A DNA stretch of 64,000 bases from Takakia lepidozioides (Eukaryota; Plantae; Bryophyta), in NCBI GenBank assembly GCA_030704615.1, contig CM060733.1:24676001-24740000 (forward strand). The letters are read 5' to 3'. Made by a program: the position numbers and the translations under genes. Positions within the stretch are counted from its first letter, which is position 1, and every line of letters starts with the position of its first letter. Below the pieces are notes generated by a model. It was not told where the DNA came from and made no database searches. It worked only from the letters and a program-made list of their open reading frames with translations. Shown piece after piece: positions 34,834 to 48,567 of this stretch.

Positions 34834-36407
34834 TACATGAGACTTTTGGGTCCTTTGGGATTAAAGCAACCCGTTGCCCGCCATTAAAGGTGTCTATATT
34901 CCAAATGGAAGGTTGTAGTCTTTTGGGATGAGCTCATGTTTGTTTTAACAAAGAATCTTGCTTCCTTCTTTGCTCATTAATACTCTTTTGTCTCTTTATT
35001 GTAGCTGACATTTTGTGATATTTGCAAGACTCAAAACCTAATGTGTGTGGCCTTGAACTATATTTCTTTCAAGTTAGCAGCAATTGAAATTATCGATAAA
35101 CATCTTTTGTTTTTTTTCTAGACAACTCTTCTATTTCTCAGGATCACCCCAAGATTGACAGATTGGTGCTGAAAGTTAAGAGGGGATTGCGTGATTATGG
35201 CTTACAAAAGAGACACTTGGGAGATTGGGACCTTCAATTACCGTGAGGTTTAATTGGCCATGGGCTACACATTTAGCAAACAAGCATCATTGCCTCATTC
35301 TCACCTTACTTCCTCTTCTTGGAAACAATTAGTGTTAGGTGGGTATATATGTTGACATATATCCCTGACCGGGTAACAAATAGGATATCACACTATTGAG
35401 ATCAGCCACCCAAATTTTGGATGGATTGGTCATTTCGCCACTTATCTGGCCTATTAACTCTTCTTGTGCCATTTTTTTGTAAATTTGTAGTATATCTGTT
35501 CAAACCATTCAAAGATGTGGAAGCTTTTGTCATTTTTCATAGAATTGTTCAGGAATATCTTAGGATTTTGTATCATGTCTAGATTGTTTGGACAACAACT
35601 TGATTTTCTTTTCTTTTATTGAACAAACTTGACTTATTGAGAGGGAAAAACTTACTAAATTATTAATGGATTATAATTTTAAGTGGATTTTATTGCATAA
35701 ATTCAATCCTGAGACTGCACCACTTTAGCTTGTTGTCTTCCAAAGTAAGTTTCAACCTATGTGATACTACAGTGTTAAGTAAAATAAAATTTAGTTCACC
35801 TTTATTTGCACTGTAGAAGTTAGAAACATGACATTGTTTTACTCCCTAATGTGCTTAATTTCATAAAACTACGAATTACATCTGTGGGTGGGTTTGTCTC
35901 TTTAAGATGCAACTGTTTAAGAACACACAAGTCACCAATCAGGTGGTTGAAAGAGGAGGGAGAAGAGATATGATGAGGCAAGTCTCCGAAGAGAGGTGAA
36001 GGTAACAATGCAATGCATCAAAGTAAAGGAACACAGTAAGTTAAGATCCATATTGATCAAGCTTGCATCATTCAAAATGCATCTCATGAGGTAATCTGAG
36101 GCTTGACCCAATATGGTTGATGGAATCTGAATCACTAGCATTGTACATATCCACATTGCATGATACTTGAGGTGAATTTGTCACCATGTATCACTTAAAC
36201 CCGCTTCTCCAGCCCACATGGGTAAAAAAGCTATTAATCCATCCCACTTTTGTCTAAGCATCCAAAAGACTAGATATCATCCTACAAAGTTTCATGTTTG
36301 TGGTGCAACTTCAGGTACTGTGAGCTCTGATGGAGAACCCACAGAGACCAATCCACTATCTACAAAGAATGCTCACCTAAAGTTGGCAAGTGATGTATGC
36401 TTCTTTA

Positions 36408-39400
36408 CTAAGAGTCACCTTGTCTGTTACCCCGGCAACCCTTGTTTCGTGCATTCAAAATGTTTTGAAGCTCAACTGCGCCTCCAACATCCTCTAGTTC
36501 CTGCACTCGGTGAGGAGAGAGATGTATATTTTCAGAAAAGACAATTTTTATTTTGCATTTCAGCAACAATATCCCATCATAGACATAGAGGCCTCTGTGA
36601 GTGAACCTTCTTCCTGCCTTCCCAGTATACAAACAATATTACAAAAGTGCCTAGTGTCAATAGACTGCCACAACTATAACAGACAGACCTAGAACAACAG
36701 GATGATGCAAGATGCGGATGAACAGAATATTAGAGGAAAGGAAAACACACCTTGGGCCCAAGGAAAAGGCCGTAAGGAACCCCACCAAACAAATCGGCAT
36801 GGTGCAGCTGAAGTACACAGATCATACAGCTAAGTCAACAAAGTAGCTCAAATCTCAGGTTGAAGTAATTATATATCAAGGTTTTGCTCTTTATACCAGG
36901 GGAGAGCCACTTTCGATTACCTGATGGGCAGCTGCCACCTTTTGGAGGTAAGGAACATCTGCAATAGGTCCAACCGAAAATCGACGATGAACTAGACCGT
37001 CATGTACAAACATGTAGGCCATGCCAAACATGGTTATCCCTATTCCCTGCACACATGCAACAGCTCACTCCATCCAGAGTCAGACAGGACAGGCAGATGT
37101 ACTTAACCATCTATCAGTGGTGGAACTTCATATAAGGAGCTTGAAGTGAGACTGAGGAATTCTTTAGTTGAGCCTATGGCAACTTCTGCACAACTATTTG
37201 CATGCAACATAGAAGAAAGCTAATTAGAAAACAGGGAAGGGAAGGTTGACCCCTTGTACTAGGGTTTGCTACAGGACTGTTGGGGGTTTAGACAAGAAAT
37301 GGGGGGTGAGAGCCTGTGAAGAAGATTGCAAAAAGATTTGCTCACGATCATTGAGCCAGCTCTTAGATAAGGGAAAAGATTGGAATAAAAAGACTGCAAA
37401 GAGAGAAAAGGAACCAATAGAATTTTCCAAACATTCTTTTAGAATCACGAAGACCAGTGGGGATGGAAAATATGTAAAACACAACCCTCTAAGGTGATCC
37501 AGTCTAAAGGTGATGCCCACAAGGTCATTGAAGCAACCAGTGGAGGTTCAGAGTACGCAGCCAAAGCCAAGTACAAAAACAAAGTCATCAGGCATAGAAC
37601 CACTGGATAAGCATGCTGATTCAGAGAAAATGAACTCACCGCTCCAAAGCAAAGGCCTGGTACAAAGCCTTTGTTGAAAAACCCATATGTTATCAGCAAA
37701 ATGGCAGGAACTGCATTGATGATGGCAAATATATCATTGAGCTCAAACGCCCCCTCCCGCGGTTGATGGTGTGACTGACAGTACATACATGGATTCACGT
37801 CAAATGGTGCTAACTGAGAGCATAAAACCATATGTATTGCTAGCCATCTATTCACCTGAAAAAGAATCTTTATACATATCTGACTACCCTTAGCTGAAAT
37901 ACTCAAGCAATCTCACCTCATGCATGTTCCAAAGTGAGGCATGCCACAGAGCTCGATGGGCCCAGCGTGCCCAATATTCCATGCCAATCTGACAACCGAC
38001 CAGATACATAATGTGTGCCCAAGTAAGATTTTACTGAAGGGCACTTCCCTTGTTCATATGGTGGCTTCCCCACTATGGTTTGAATACACATCCAACGTTG
38101 GCCACATTAGCTGTTGGCTTTGAAATAAATTCAGCACTCACCAGAAGCATCTCAATTCCTTTCTCAATCATGTGATGAATTAGCCCCCAGACTCCGACAT
38201 ATGGCATGTGCTAGGACAAACACTACCCTGTACGCCACAAGGATCATCTTGCAAGAGATGAGGCTCTTATTGACGCCAACATTGGCCAGCATCCTCCTTC
38301 TCTCTGCTAGAGCAAAGAAAGGGAACCATTGCTGATGACACCCACTGCCCAGAAAGTTAGGCTAGGAAGATGTGACAGATGAACCAAATAGTTGTGAGCG
38401 GGCACACACATAAGGCACCTGAAAGTTAATAATGGATGATTCAACTTACCGACGCACCAATTGCCAATGCAAATGTTCCCAGCATCTCTGCAACAGGCAC
38501 ATCCCCATTGCCCTGCAGAAGTCCAGCACAAGTCAGTGAGGATAGGTACTAATGGGAAACACCATTGTACCGACTTGGGACAGATCTGCCCCAAAAAGGA
38601 TTGAAAACAGCAGGAAAAAACTATACAAAAAAAGGAAGTTCACACACAAACAAATGGAGATGGAAATGGTTCAAATTCATGTTAAGACTTAGTTTCTATA
38701 GGGCAGGACAAGAGTCTGAGCCTTGACCCACTAAACTAAACAATTTGTGACTTTAGGCCCAAGTGAGGCCGTGCAATCGATCAGTTGAGCATGACACAAT
38801 TGAGCTAATCCTCCCAATGCAAAATGGTGAAAATTTTAAATGGTCCACCTAGTGTACCAGCTCAAGATCCCAGGAAAATAATTAGATGCACTTTGCATGA
38901 AGAAATTGCGGCTCTAGAAACTGATCTTCAGTTCTTCTGAGGTGGGTTTTAGATTAAGAGTATGGCTAGTACCGTATCGACCCTACCCAATACTTGAGGG
39001 CATCGAGCTAAAAAGGCTCCGAGATAATTGTTGTGAGCTGGAGATCTCAAACTTCTCGACTATGTTTTCACCCACTCGTAAAAATACAGAGACTCGTATA
39101 ATACGCCATTCAAGCTGGTATCATCAGTCTGTATGTAAACTCAACGATGAGCTCTCCTGCAAAGACCATGTCAAAGACAAATACCTCAATATATATTTTT
39201 TTTCACGTACTTCAAAATAAGTGAGAAACTCGTACCTCCACTTGCCAAGCAAAACGGTAGTACACAGCACCAGCTGCCAAGGTTGTGATTCCAACGCTGG
39301 AGGCAATGGCTGCCAGTAAGTAAGTGAAACGTTCCGATTGCCTCTTACTCTGCCTTTCAAATCGTCTTTCTTCAGCTGCAGCCTTCTCTGACTCTACTGC

Positions 39401-39709
39401 TGACACCACCGATGATGCAAACTCAAAGGCAGTTGAAGGCGGGAAGTTGGGTTGGCAGTCAGTCACGAGCGCTGCGCCTGCTGCAACGTTCACCTCTGCC
39501 GGTTGTTGCGCCGCCATACAGAAAGGAATTTTCCTCCTCGTCTGCAAGCCCCGATGAACAACTGCAGAACATAGCTGTCCTCTTCTTCGCAGGGACAACT
39601 TGACAATGCCATTATCTGGTACTATTACAGTATCCGCAACAACTGCGGTGCACGAGGCCTGCCAGACAGAAGCTGCCTTCAGCACATACGTACACCCAGC
39701 TCCCCCCAT
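36408..39709 (-). CDS. BCH: Beta-carotene 3-hydroxylase (non-heme di-iron), 7 exons: 39709-39236, 38512-38450, 37988-37917, 37774-37640, 37046-36921, 36807-36751, 36500-36408
   Basis: SERFTYLLAAIASS, GMEYWARWAH, HESHH.PREG.FELND, MAYMFVHDGLVHRRF, AAAHQLHH, GVPYGLFLGPKELE. All junctions are GT-AG and in frame; N-terminus resembles a transit peptide. Confidence 0.97.
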
Positions 39710-41594
39710 TTGCAGAATCTCGGTACTCAACTCCTGTGCCCTCAACCGCTAAAAAAAATAGACACAGATGCCCGTCTACAAAACCCAAAGACCATCTACT
39801 ACAAGATACTCAGCGTGACACTCCGGATTGCTGGTTGCTGCATCCGAGGTCCGAGCAATCTCAGAATTGCAACAACCAAGCACAGCCTCCAATTCACTCC
39901 CCTCAAAATTCGATCAGGTCTCGATCAGAACCAGGGCGAGGAAATGCGGAAGCAATCGGAATGCGGTGATTGCTCGAACTCAGCAGCTTAATAAATAAGC
40001 CTTCGTCCTCACAGAGATGGCCCCTCCGAGAGCGGAGGCTGGCGGGGGCAGCAGCGCAGTCTGCGGGCAGCTAGCGGGCATGCCCGTCAGCAGTGGGCTT
40101 GCCATATGGTCTTGGCCACGTGCCTCCCTGGCGACTGGCCACGCATACTTCTATCGTATTGGTCGGGTTTGCACTTTTTTCTTTTTCTTTTTTACAGCTG
40201 ACCAGGATAGAGAGAGTTGACATCAACCTGGGAGACCCTGACCGGACTGAATAGACGCACATGGCGCGCAGACCGCAGGCGATGGACCGCGCGGAAGGAC
40301 CTCGGGATTTGACAACCGCGTGCAAGGCGGAGGGAGGTCGGCCACGCGCTCGGGTAGCCTACGGGCGATTGCCACCCCCACCCCACCCCCCGGGGGGAGA
40401 GGGGCTGGGGACCGCACGGACGTGGCGCTTGGGGCATGAAAACGCTTGAGATGTCTTAGGATACGCGCCTTATTTTTGTTTAATGGGAGGGAACATCTCA
40501 CAATTCAGGCCTTACAAGAGGAAGGGGGGAAGGGGGAAAATAAACTCATATATATATATATATATATATATGCGTCTACTGCGGCGGGGGTACTTGGTCA
40601 TATCCCGGGTACGTGGATAATTTAAATGAGGCGAATAAATTAGAATTGCAAGAAAAGAACCTAAAGTTGAAAAAGCTGAAGTTCGATTATCAGGTGCTTA
40701 CTGAGAAAGCTAAAAACGCGGATCAGCTGTTGAAAGAGGCTAAAAGAGGAAGCCCTTTAGAGCTAAGTTTTCTTTTTCTTTTTCCTTATAAAGCTTTATT
40801 GAAGGGAAGAATTTGAGGCCTAGATGCATAGTGAACCAGCATGATAAAGCCTGAGAGAACTGTGACCAAAGAAAGAATGAGGTGGGAAGGAGTAACCCCA
40901 AACCTTGTACAAAGGAATTATGGGGGGGGGTGAAAACCAGGGTTGGGTGGTTTCGCCCAGCTTGGTCCTAGTATTGAAATATTTTTATTTTTCAATACCT
41001 GCTGGTTCTATAGTATTAGAATATTCACAAATTTTAATGTCCATCCGTTCTCAATAGATGCAGGACTTTAAATTTGCCGTCGGTTATCAACCAGTAGTAT
41101 TCTAATTGCCAGCCGGCTACCGACCTGGGCATAGATAATTTAATTTAATTTAATCTAATTTCAAGTGGTAGCCTGAGTATGGGGCCAATTTATAGGTATA
41201 CCTGGTTTCTCAAAGAGAATAAAAATGTTGCAAAGTCAAGTCAAGTGCAATCAGGAAAACTGGTTCCAAATCTCAGTGTCCAACGTGGCCAAATCTGCAA
41301 TGGAGAGATTCTTCTCATCCAACACATTTGTGTGTTTTTCTTTTTCTTTTTAAGAAAAAAAGTATGGGGACAGATGCCCTGTAAATTTGTGCTTACACAG
41401 AAAACATATCTTCATCAAGGAGAGACAAGATCTGCAAGGTATGGCATGTTGGGTGAATCGCAACCCTAAGTATTACAAAAGTAGATATCAGCCGGGTCGG
41501 TTCGTAAATACCAGGGTTGCTACCTGGCCAGACCCTATATACCGGGCCAGTCCAACACTGGTAAAAATGTAAAAACAAATAACAGCCAAAAAGT

Positions 41595-42030
41595 GCATGT
41601 ACTTGAATATCAGGAATTCTGCCATTGTGGACCCATTAAGACATGCCACCTGTTATAAAGCCACTTTTCTACCCCTGCCACCTCATTATTCTCACCACAT
41701 GGGCTCTGCGTAGATTTGATTTTTGTTTTCATTTTTTAAGAAAGAACAACACATGTGGCCACTCATTGTTTTTTTTTCCTCGCCAAAAATTGCCAGATTT
41801 CGACTTGGAAAATGGGTTAGCTACTTGTACAAAGGATTTACGGGGAGTAAAAATTAAAAGATTCCCAGAAAGCCCAGTAATTGAATATCAGGAGCCTGAA
41901 TTTGCCTACATGGACCTGTAACAGTATGCCACCTGTTTAAATAGCCACTTTTCTAACCCTGCCACTTCATTATTCTCGCCACATGTTGTTGGGTGGAATT
42001 TACATGTGGCCCCTCTGGCAACTATGAAAT
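41595..42030 (+). repeat. Dispersed repeat (two internal copies); inverted copy at 61520-61775
   Basis: ttgaatatcagga...atgccacctgtt...gccacttttcta.ccctgccac at ~41603 and ~41881, and as reverse complement at ~61540-61770. Confidence 0.8.
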
Positions 42031-42816
42031 AATGGAAAAAAACACTGACTTGCATAGAAGCCAAGAGTCAAGGTTGCTTTTTGTACTTGTCACGACACAG
42101 TTGAAAGCAAAAAAGAAATCGAAAGGCAAAAGAAAAACATAACATTGTAAAACTAACATGAGAGACTCTCTTATTGGTGTAAGCCCCCAAGTTTGCGTGG
42201 GCCCGGTCCATTAGAGGGTCCAGGAATTAAAAAGCAGGGGTTATAGTAAGCTATACCAGGATTTGTATTAATAATCGTCAAGTAAGGGGGTAAGAAAAAA
42301 GAAGGTAGAAACTAGAAACGCGACAACTATTAAATTGGGGATGGTTCAGCCGCCAAATTGGGGTAAGAATGTGTGTGGTGGTTTCTAGGGCTTTTAGAAA
42401 GGTCCCACCGCCCTCAGAGGGTATATACAGCAGAGGCCACTACTTACTATGTAAGTTAGTACGTAGTGGGCTCTGCAGACGCAAGGGCCTCCAAAAAAGC
42501 GCAAACATAGATGTGTATGGACGGTACGCTGAGTAAATAAGGGGATATGTGCGATAGTGTAGTATAGTAAGGGTTAATAGCAAGTTGTGGGGACATATTA
42601 AACATGATGATTAATGTTTAAGGATGATTGCTTTTAAGTTGGATGAAAACAAGTATATATCATTCCCGACCACCATTGGATATGGATGACGCATGATGAA
42701 ACACTATTAATATATAACCTAAAGTACGTGTATACAAGATTGGGTCATAATGGTTTTTTGGTGTATGTGTGTATTTTGAATCTTATATGTTTGTAACACT
42801 TCGACTACACTACAGC

Positions 42817-42998
42817 CGGTCATCCCATCGCCATTACGGATGACCGACTATAGCCCATCCAATATTTAAAAAAAGCGCATCTTGAAAAAATAGATATGTG
42901 TAAGTAGCATCCATTTGTACCGAGATACCCGCAAGGGGAAGAGCCGCTAGCTTTGGTTGGCGTCATATATATACCGAGATACCTTTTTTGATGAGGCT
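42817..42998. repeat. Dispersed repeat with hairpin; second copy at ~45496-45607
   Basis: ggtcatccc...cattacggatgaccgactata...ccaatattt...gataccttttttg.tgaggct is shared by both copies. Confidence 0.7.
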
Positions 42999-43760
42999 AT
43001 GTAGGGAGTCTTATAGAGTTGAGTCAAACATAAGTGTTATGAAAATAACTTGTCAAGAAAAAGGCACAAACTACAAAAGAAAGGTATAAATTACTGATAA
43101 TTACTAGTCATCTTGCTAGTAAATCCAGCTAGGCTTGCTGAGTCACTACCAGCTGCCCTTCTTTTTCTTTCAAACTCTAAACCTATCCTTCTTTCGTACG
43201 TGCTCCAATCAAGCTAATGTAGGGTACACAAGAACATGGACCCGAGCATTGTGGTTTTTTTTCGCAAAGTTTCGCCAAAAGGCTCCCTTTCTTTTGGGCG
43301 AATCCTACCTCACTAAAGGAAAATGAAGGCATGTTTTTTCTAGGTTTTCATTAAAATTGGAGCTTTGGGATGAAATTATCAAAATTTCATCCAATGTTTC
43401 CCATCTTCAACTATTTCTTTTACACTGGACAAACACCAACGCCCGTCAGGCAGGCGGCTTGGGTTTCTTGTTTCTTCCTTCTATCAACAACATTCCATTT
43501 TCTTTCTCTTCCCTCTTGTGAACATGTCTCATACTCTTGGATGAAATGCAATAGCGTTCTACAAGGTTGCGGGCGCCACGAAACTCGATCGCCCCTTATG
43601 AAGGAACGTCTTTTTTGCGCGCCCTTTCGCAAGCGGCGATTTGGTGGGGGTGCCCCTTAGTGAATATTCATTTTAGACTAGCGCCTTGTTAAACATGGGG
43701 GCGATTACTTAGAGTGCCCATGAAACTTGACACCTATATAATTAAAACTACAAGAATTAC

Positions 43761-43842
43761 CTTCCTGCTAGAAGGCAGTAGTCCTTCGGGGTCAAATGAC
43801 ACCATAAGTTACGCTCCCTTCGGGAGGCGTCATACTTTACTT
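43761..43842 (+). mobile_element. 5'-truncated copy of the SINE
   Basis: gaaggcagtag...gacaccataagttacgctcccttcgggaggcgtca(tactt)n; TSD tacaagaattac / tacgagaattac. Confidence 0.75.
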
Positions 43843-45944
43843 TACGAGAATTACACATTTCATTAACTTGTCGGGCCTTAACCGGTACTTCTACCCTAGC
43901 TCTTATGGTGTTCCATGGCAATGCTTATTTTGTGGCTGGGCCTCTGTCCCCCTTTTAAATTAAATAAACTATTATGGGCCTATGTCCCCTTTTCAACACG
44001 TGCAATTTTATAATTTTAATTTTAAACTTAGATTTTTCTTCTGGACTCAGCCCCTTTCTTTCAAAAATTCACTTTTTTCCATGGTCACTAATTTTTTCAT
44101 CTACCGTTTCCTCATCGGTTATTGTACCACCAATGCTGCATTTTGACACCTGTCCCCCGAACAGTAAAATAAAAATTTACTTTCAAGAAAAAAAAGTCAA
44201 GGCTATTTGGCCAAGATATATTGAAGAATCTTCCAAAATATATATTTTCTGCCCATTGCAACAAGAGCACATTATACTCATCCCTAGATTCTATTATATA
44301 ATCAGCTAAAAACTTAATGCTCTAGGAATAGAATATGAGGGTAATTGAGCTGCTAGTCGAGTTTGGCTCCTCTTTGTGAATATTGGAATATACTTTCATC
44401 CATAATAAACTTGAAAAACTTTCATCCATTTATTTTTCATAAGTTGTTTTAACGTAGATGTTACATGAGGGAGGTGTTACCTAGAGAAGGCACATCATGG
44501 AGGTAGTTTTCAGCAAAGGAGAGGAGGTGACACCTAGAAAAGGGACAAGGGGGCTTAGCGGACTTTGACACGGATGCGTGGTCTCCACTTCAGTATAAGA
44601 AGAGCCAAGGACACAGAAAAACAAAACAGTCATTTGACGCGAGTTTTGGAGGCCATGATACAAAGTCTGGCGATGGCGCAGCACCCTGCGAGCACGCAAC
44701 GATCTCAGTCATGTGTAGGCTAGCGACATATAACTTTGGCAATTCCGAGGGCATCTCGTTAACGGCAAGGTTCTCTTTGTTCTGGGTTTTGTATTTTGTT
44801 GCAGGATCTGGGTGGCATCTTACGTCGAACTGGGAAAATATTTGGAGGAAGAGCAAGTACTGCACAGTCGTTTTCAGAGTTTGAGTTCATTGTTATTGCC
44901 AAATTTGTTGTTGACAGCAAGAAGCATGTTGATCAGTATCAAGAATTATAATTTGGACCTAATAATATGCCATAATATAGGATGTTCTATAAAATCCCTC
45001 AGTCTAGTTTCTACTCATCTCACAGTCATGCTTTTGTGCATCTGTGTGGCGAACTAGCCAAGTGAGAGCTGCAGGGAGGGTGTGCTGATGCAAAAAATAG
45101 ATAGATAATATTTACCTGGCCCATGTCCGATTTTCCTTTCAGACACCAAAGCATTCTGGCAGGAAGCTGTTCTCAAGTTTCAACTAAAGTTTGAGATCAA
45201 CCAATGTTGATCGGTTTATTATTTGTTAACGGAACTCTCGCTACTGAAGGCATGTTGACAAGAACTTGCAATATTTCGTTGTGACTTGGTGCCCCTCACT
45301 TGGGTGTCCTATAACCATGGGGTGGAGTATGTACTAGCTACTGTAGTCCATCTCCACTCTCTTGTACAGGAGGACAACAAGGCTTAAGGGGGGAGGCTGG
45401 AAATGCAGATGAAAACTGTACCCCTAGGCAGATCCGAAGCCATAGCTACCATGGGTAGCTAATGCAAAAACAAAAAACATAGATCCACTTTTCATGGTCA
45501 TCCCATTACGGATGACCGACTATAACCAGTCCAATATTTTGAAAAAAGGTATCTCTATACGTGTAACTAGCATCCATTGTACCAAGATACCTTTTTTTGG
45601 TGAGGCTTAACCCTTAAACGCCCACTGCCCCAGCCTGCCTGTCTTGGGCTTTTGATTCGGGCCAAAAAAAAAAAAAAAAAAAAAAAAAAACAAAATTTGT
45701 TTTGTTTTTTGGAAAACTTGCAAATGAATGCTTTGAAGTAAAAGACCTGATGTTTACCCAACATGGATTTCTGGTCACATGAAAGAAGGACATGACAACG
45801 AATTATTATGTAGTTTTTTTTTTTTTTGAAAACTTGCAAATGAACCCAACCCCTGCTTTGCAAGTGGCGTTTACCAGCATGGATTTTTGGTCACTTGGAA
45901 GAAGGACATGACAACAAATCATTATGTAGTCCAAGCAATTTGTA

Positions 45945-46340
45945 GATAGACAGGTAAACAGACAGACATGGTAGGACTTGAGTGGTTGCTACTTTTCTGT
46001 TTTCAATATCTTTTTTCTTAGAAGGGTGGAGATTAAGCTGGCATCAACACTATCTTAATCCAGACCCAGACGGACAGACAAGTAGACAGACAGACCAATT
46101 TCCTTGCGCTTTAGAGGGGGTGGAGATTAAGCTGGCATCAACGCCATCTTAATCCAAACCCAGAGAGATAGGTAGACAAGCAGATAGGTAGATAGATAGA
46201 TAGGTACACAGACAGACAAATACAATAACAGACGGTAGGACTTGAGTGGTTGCTTCTTTTTTGTTTTTCAATTTCCTTGAGCTTAGAGGGGTGGAGATTA
46301 AGCTGGCATCAATACCATCTTAATCCAGACCTAGATAGGT
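45945..46340. repeat. Three hairpin modules separated by (GACA/GATA)n microsatellites
   Basis: ggtggagattaagctggcatcaa...atcttaatcca at ~46025, ~46119 and ~46290. Confidence 0.75.
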
Positions 46341-46434
46341 AGCCATTTAGACGTACCATTGCAATGACTCTCTGTGATGTGGTCGAGCAAATTCACTTAA
46401 TGGAGATGGAACACAAGATGCAACACAGAAAAGG

Positions 46435-46830
46435 GTGCGACCGATCATGGTCACTTCATTAGTGGAGTCAATGTATATGCCAACCTTGGATATCTGGGGA
46501 AGGGCAAGCAAGTCCATGCTCATCTCATCAAAGCAGGAATTGCATCATACATCAGACAATATCACCTTTATTCTACTTATCTCTGCTTGCAGTCACGTGG
46601 GACTACTGGTCATGGTGGAGGTTCTTGGCCGCCCGGGGATATTGGATGAGGCAGGCGATTTGATTGCCAAACTGTCAATGGACCCAGGCATGTTGGTGTG
46701 GGGGGCATTGCTTCGTGCCTATAGACTTCATGACAAAGTGGGAGTAGCACAACGTTGTGCATAAAGTCTTTCTAGAAAGGCATCCACAAGATGCCACAGC
46801 TTACGTGCACACTTCCCAAGTCATGATTCC
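46435..46830 (+). pseudogene. PLS-E class PPR pseudogene fragment
   Basis: ITFILLISACSHVGL..MVEVLGRPG.LDEA..LI...P..LVWGALLRAYRLH...P.DATAYV; internal deletion and frameshift. Confidence 0.85.
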
Positions 46831-47409
46831 TACTCAACACATCAGCTTTTCTGCCAACAAAAACTATTGTGTCACCATGGGTAGAAAAGCTGATGCGCTG
46901 AGAAGGAATCCTCTTGTGAGATTGCTGCAGACGAAACCTGTTGGCCATCGTACACGGAAAGCAGCATCACCCCCTCTCTCTTCCAAAGCAAATTCTTCCT
47001 TCTTCAAACCTTTTACCTTCCTTACGCGATAAGCGGACTGGAATCGACATTTTACATTCATCCATATTTTATCATATTATATTCATCCATCATTCATCCA
47101 CTGACCAATCTTATTGCCAAGCCTTAGTCACACTCTAGGAATACTAAGCTCCCATTTTCGGCGGTTAAGCCCTGCGGCAATAGGGCTTCTAGGAGTTGAC
47201 GGACCGCGGTAATAGGCCAACCCTAAATTCTAATTCCGAGGAACGTGAGCAGAATTCTGCTCACATGAGCTGCTCACAATCTAGCACGCCCCCCCCCCCG
47301 AGCCACTACTTCTTCTCAAAGTCTCTTGTGATTTTTTCCAACCTGCGGCCAGTTGGGCAGGATATGAGGTGTCCGAGTACATTACAAATTACAAGGATTA
47401 CCTCCCTCA

Positions 47410-47931
47410 TGATGCCGTAGACTGCAGATCAACCAATCCCTGCTTTATCTGCAACAAATGTGCAAGTATGGCCATGTATGAGTTTGTATAGGGTGACAAC
47501 TACCTTCTTTTCAACACTTATTGGCTCCCTCCACTTTGTGTGCTTGCCTTGCACATATGGCCGCAAGTCATCACAAAGTTTCTCAAATGTCCTACGTCGC
47601 ATCCTCACAATATCAAACCACATTTCTTTGGGTATGCATATCGAATAGAAATGTGTCAAACCAACAAGTTGACCTAGGTTTAACGTCATATATGTACCAT
47701 AGATTGTTCAATATGTTTAAGTGCCAACCGATAAGATCCAACACTGTTTTTGTGATGAGGCACTCCTTCTATTTCACCATCCTCATCCTATTTGTATATA
47801 GCTTGTTTGGTCATAAGATCTTGCTCCTCATCACAATCTCTTTTTCTTTTTCTGTCAACATGAGATATACTAGCTTGAATGTTGTTAAAGCCTAGTGTGA
47901 TGTTTAAGGCTGCCAACACCATGTCTGCCAT
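47410..47931 (-). pseudogene. PIF/Harbinger transposase N-terminal fragment
   Basis: VKPRSTCWF..FL, then WFDIVRMRRRTFEKLCDDL...T.WREPISVEKKVVVTLYKL.HG....VADKAGIG (HTH region). The DDE domain is absent. Confidence 0.8.
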
Positions 47932-48497
47932 GGAAAAAAATAGAGACAAGACTTGTAGGAGCTGGGGTAATGATCTGAAGACAATTGTTGTGTTGTGGAC
48001 TATGGGACTTGTTGGAGGTGTTAGCAGGGGCCATACGTGCAAGCAAGCTCAGGGTCAATGGAACCATTTGTAGGTGGCCAATCTGGAGGCATGGGTCATG
48101 ATGACCATGTAGGAAAAATGTTTGGGAGCAATTCTTGGGGAATGGCAAGGGGCTCTTTTTGGCAACTTGTTTACACCAGTCGATCGTAGACAGAAGACAC
48201 CTGTTGAGGTGGGTAGTGACAGCGACGAAGAAAGGTGAACAAGTGCTGCAGGTGGAGGCTGGGGATACACATTTCCCTAGTGCTGCAATTGAACCAGGTG
48301 AAGGGAGCAGAATAGGCGCTCATTTTCGAAGTCATAGCAACCCGGACATCATTTCTACCATATAGATGTTTGTGAATAACATCGTATGTATACACTTTGT
48401 GCCATTCAGGATTATAAAGAGATGCATAATTTTTTATTTTTTATTTTTTATTTTTTATTTTTTTTGTGAGTTTGATCTCCTAGTATTTTCCTTAGGA

Positions 48498-48567
48498 GGG
48501 CTGGAAGGCAGTAGCCCTTGTGGTGAAGTGACACCATAAGTTACGCTTCCTTCGGGACGTGTCATAC
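48498..48567 (+). mobile_element. 5'-truncated copy of the SINE
   Basis: Matches the SINE 3' half; 12-bp TSD ttttccttagga at 48486-48497 and 48568-48579. Confidence 0.8.

Noticed and set aside
35150-36160. Kinase-like (DYGL..GT.NY) and LRR-like (IGDLCVLKQLHL) scraps
   Set aside because: Too short and frameshifted to support a call.
40580-40935. Coiled-coil ORF and G-run resembling a retroelement fragment or PPT
   Set aside because: No LTR pair or diagnostic domain.
44490-44880. Ankyrin-like DAWSPLQY..GH fragment with a small intron
   Set aside because: A single weak motif with no intact gene model.
47180-47215. Hairpin followed by CTAG, a possible Helitron end
   Set aside because: Spacing and the following base are atypical, and no 5' end was found.
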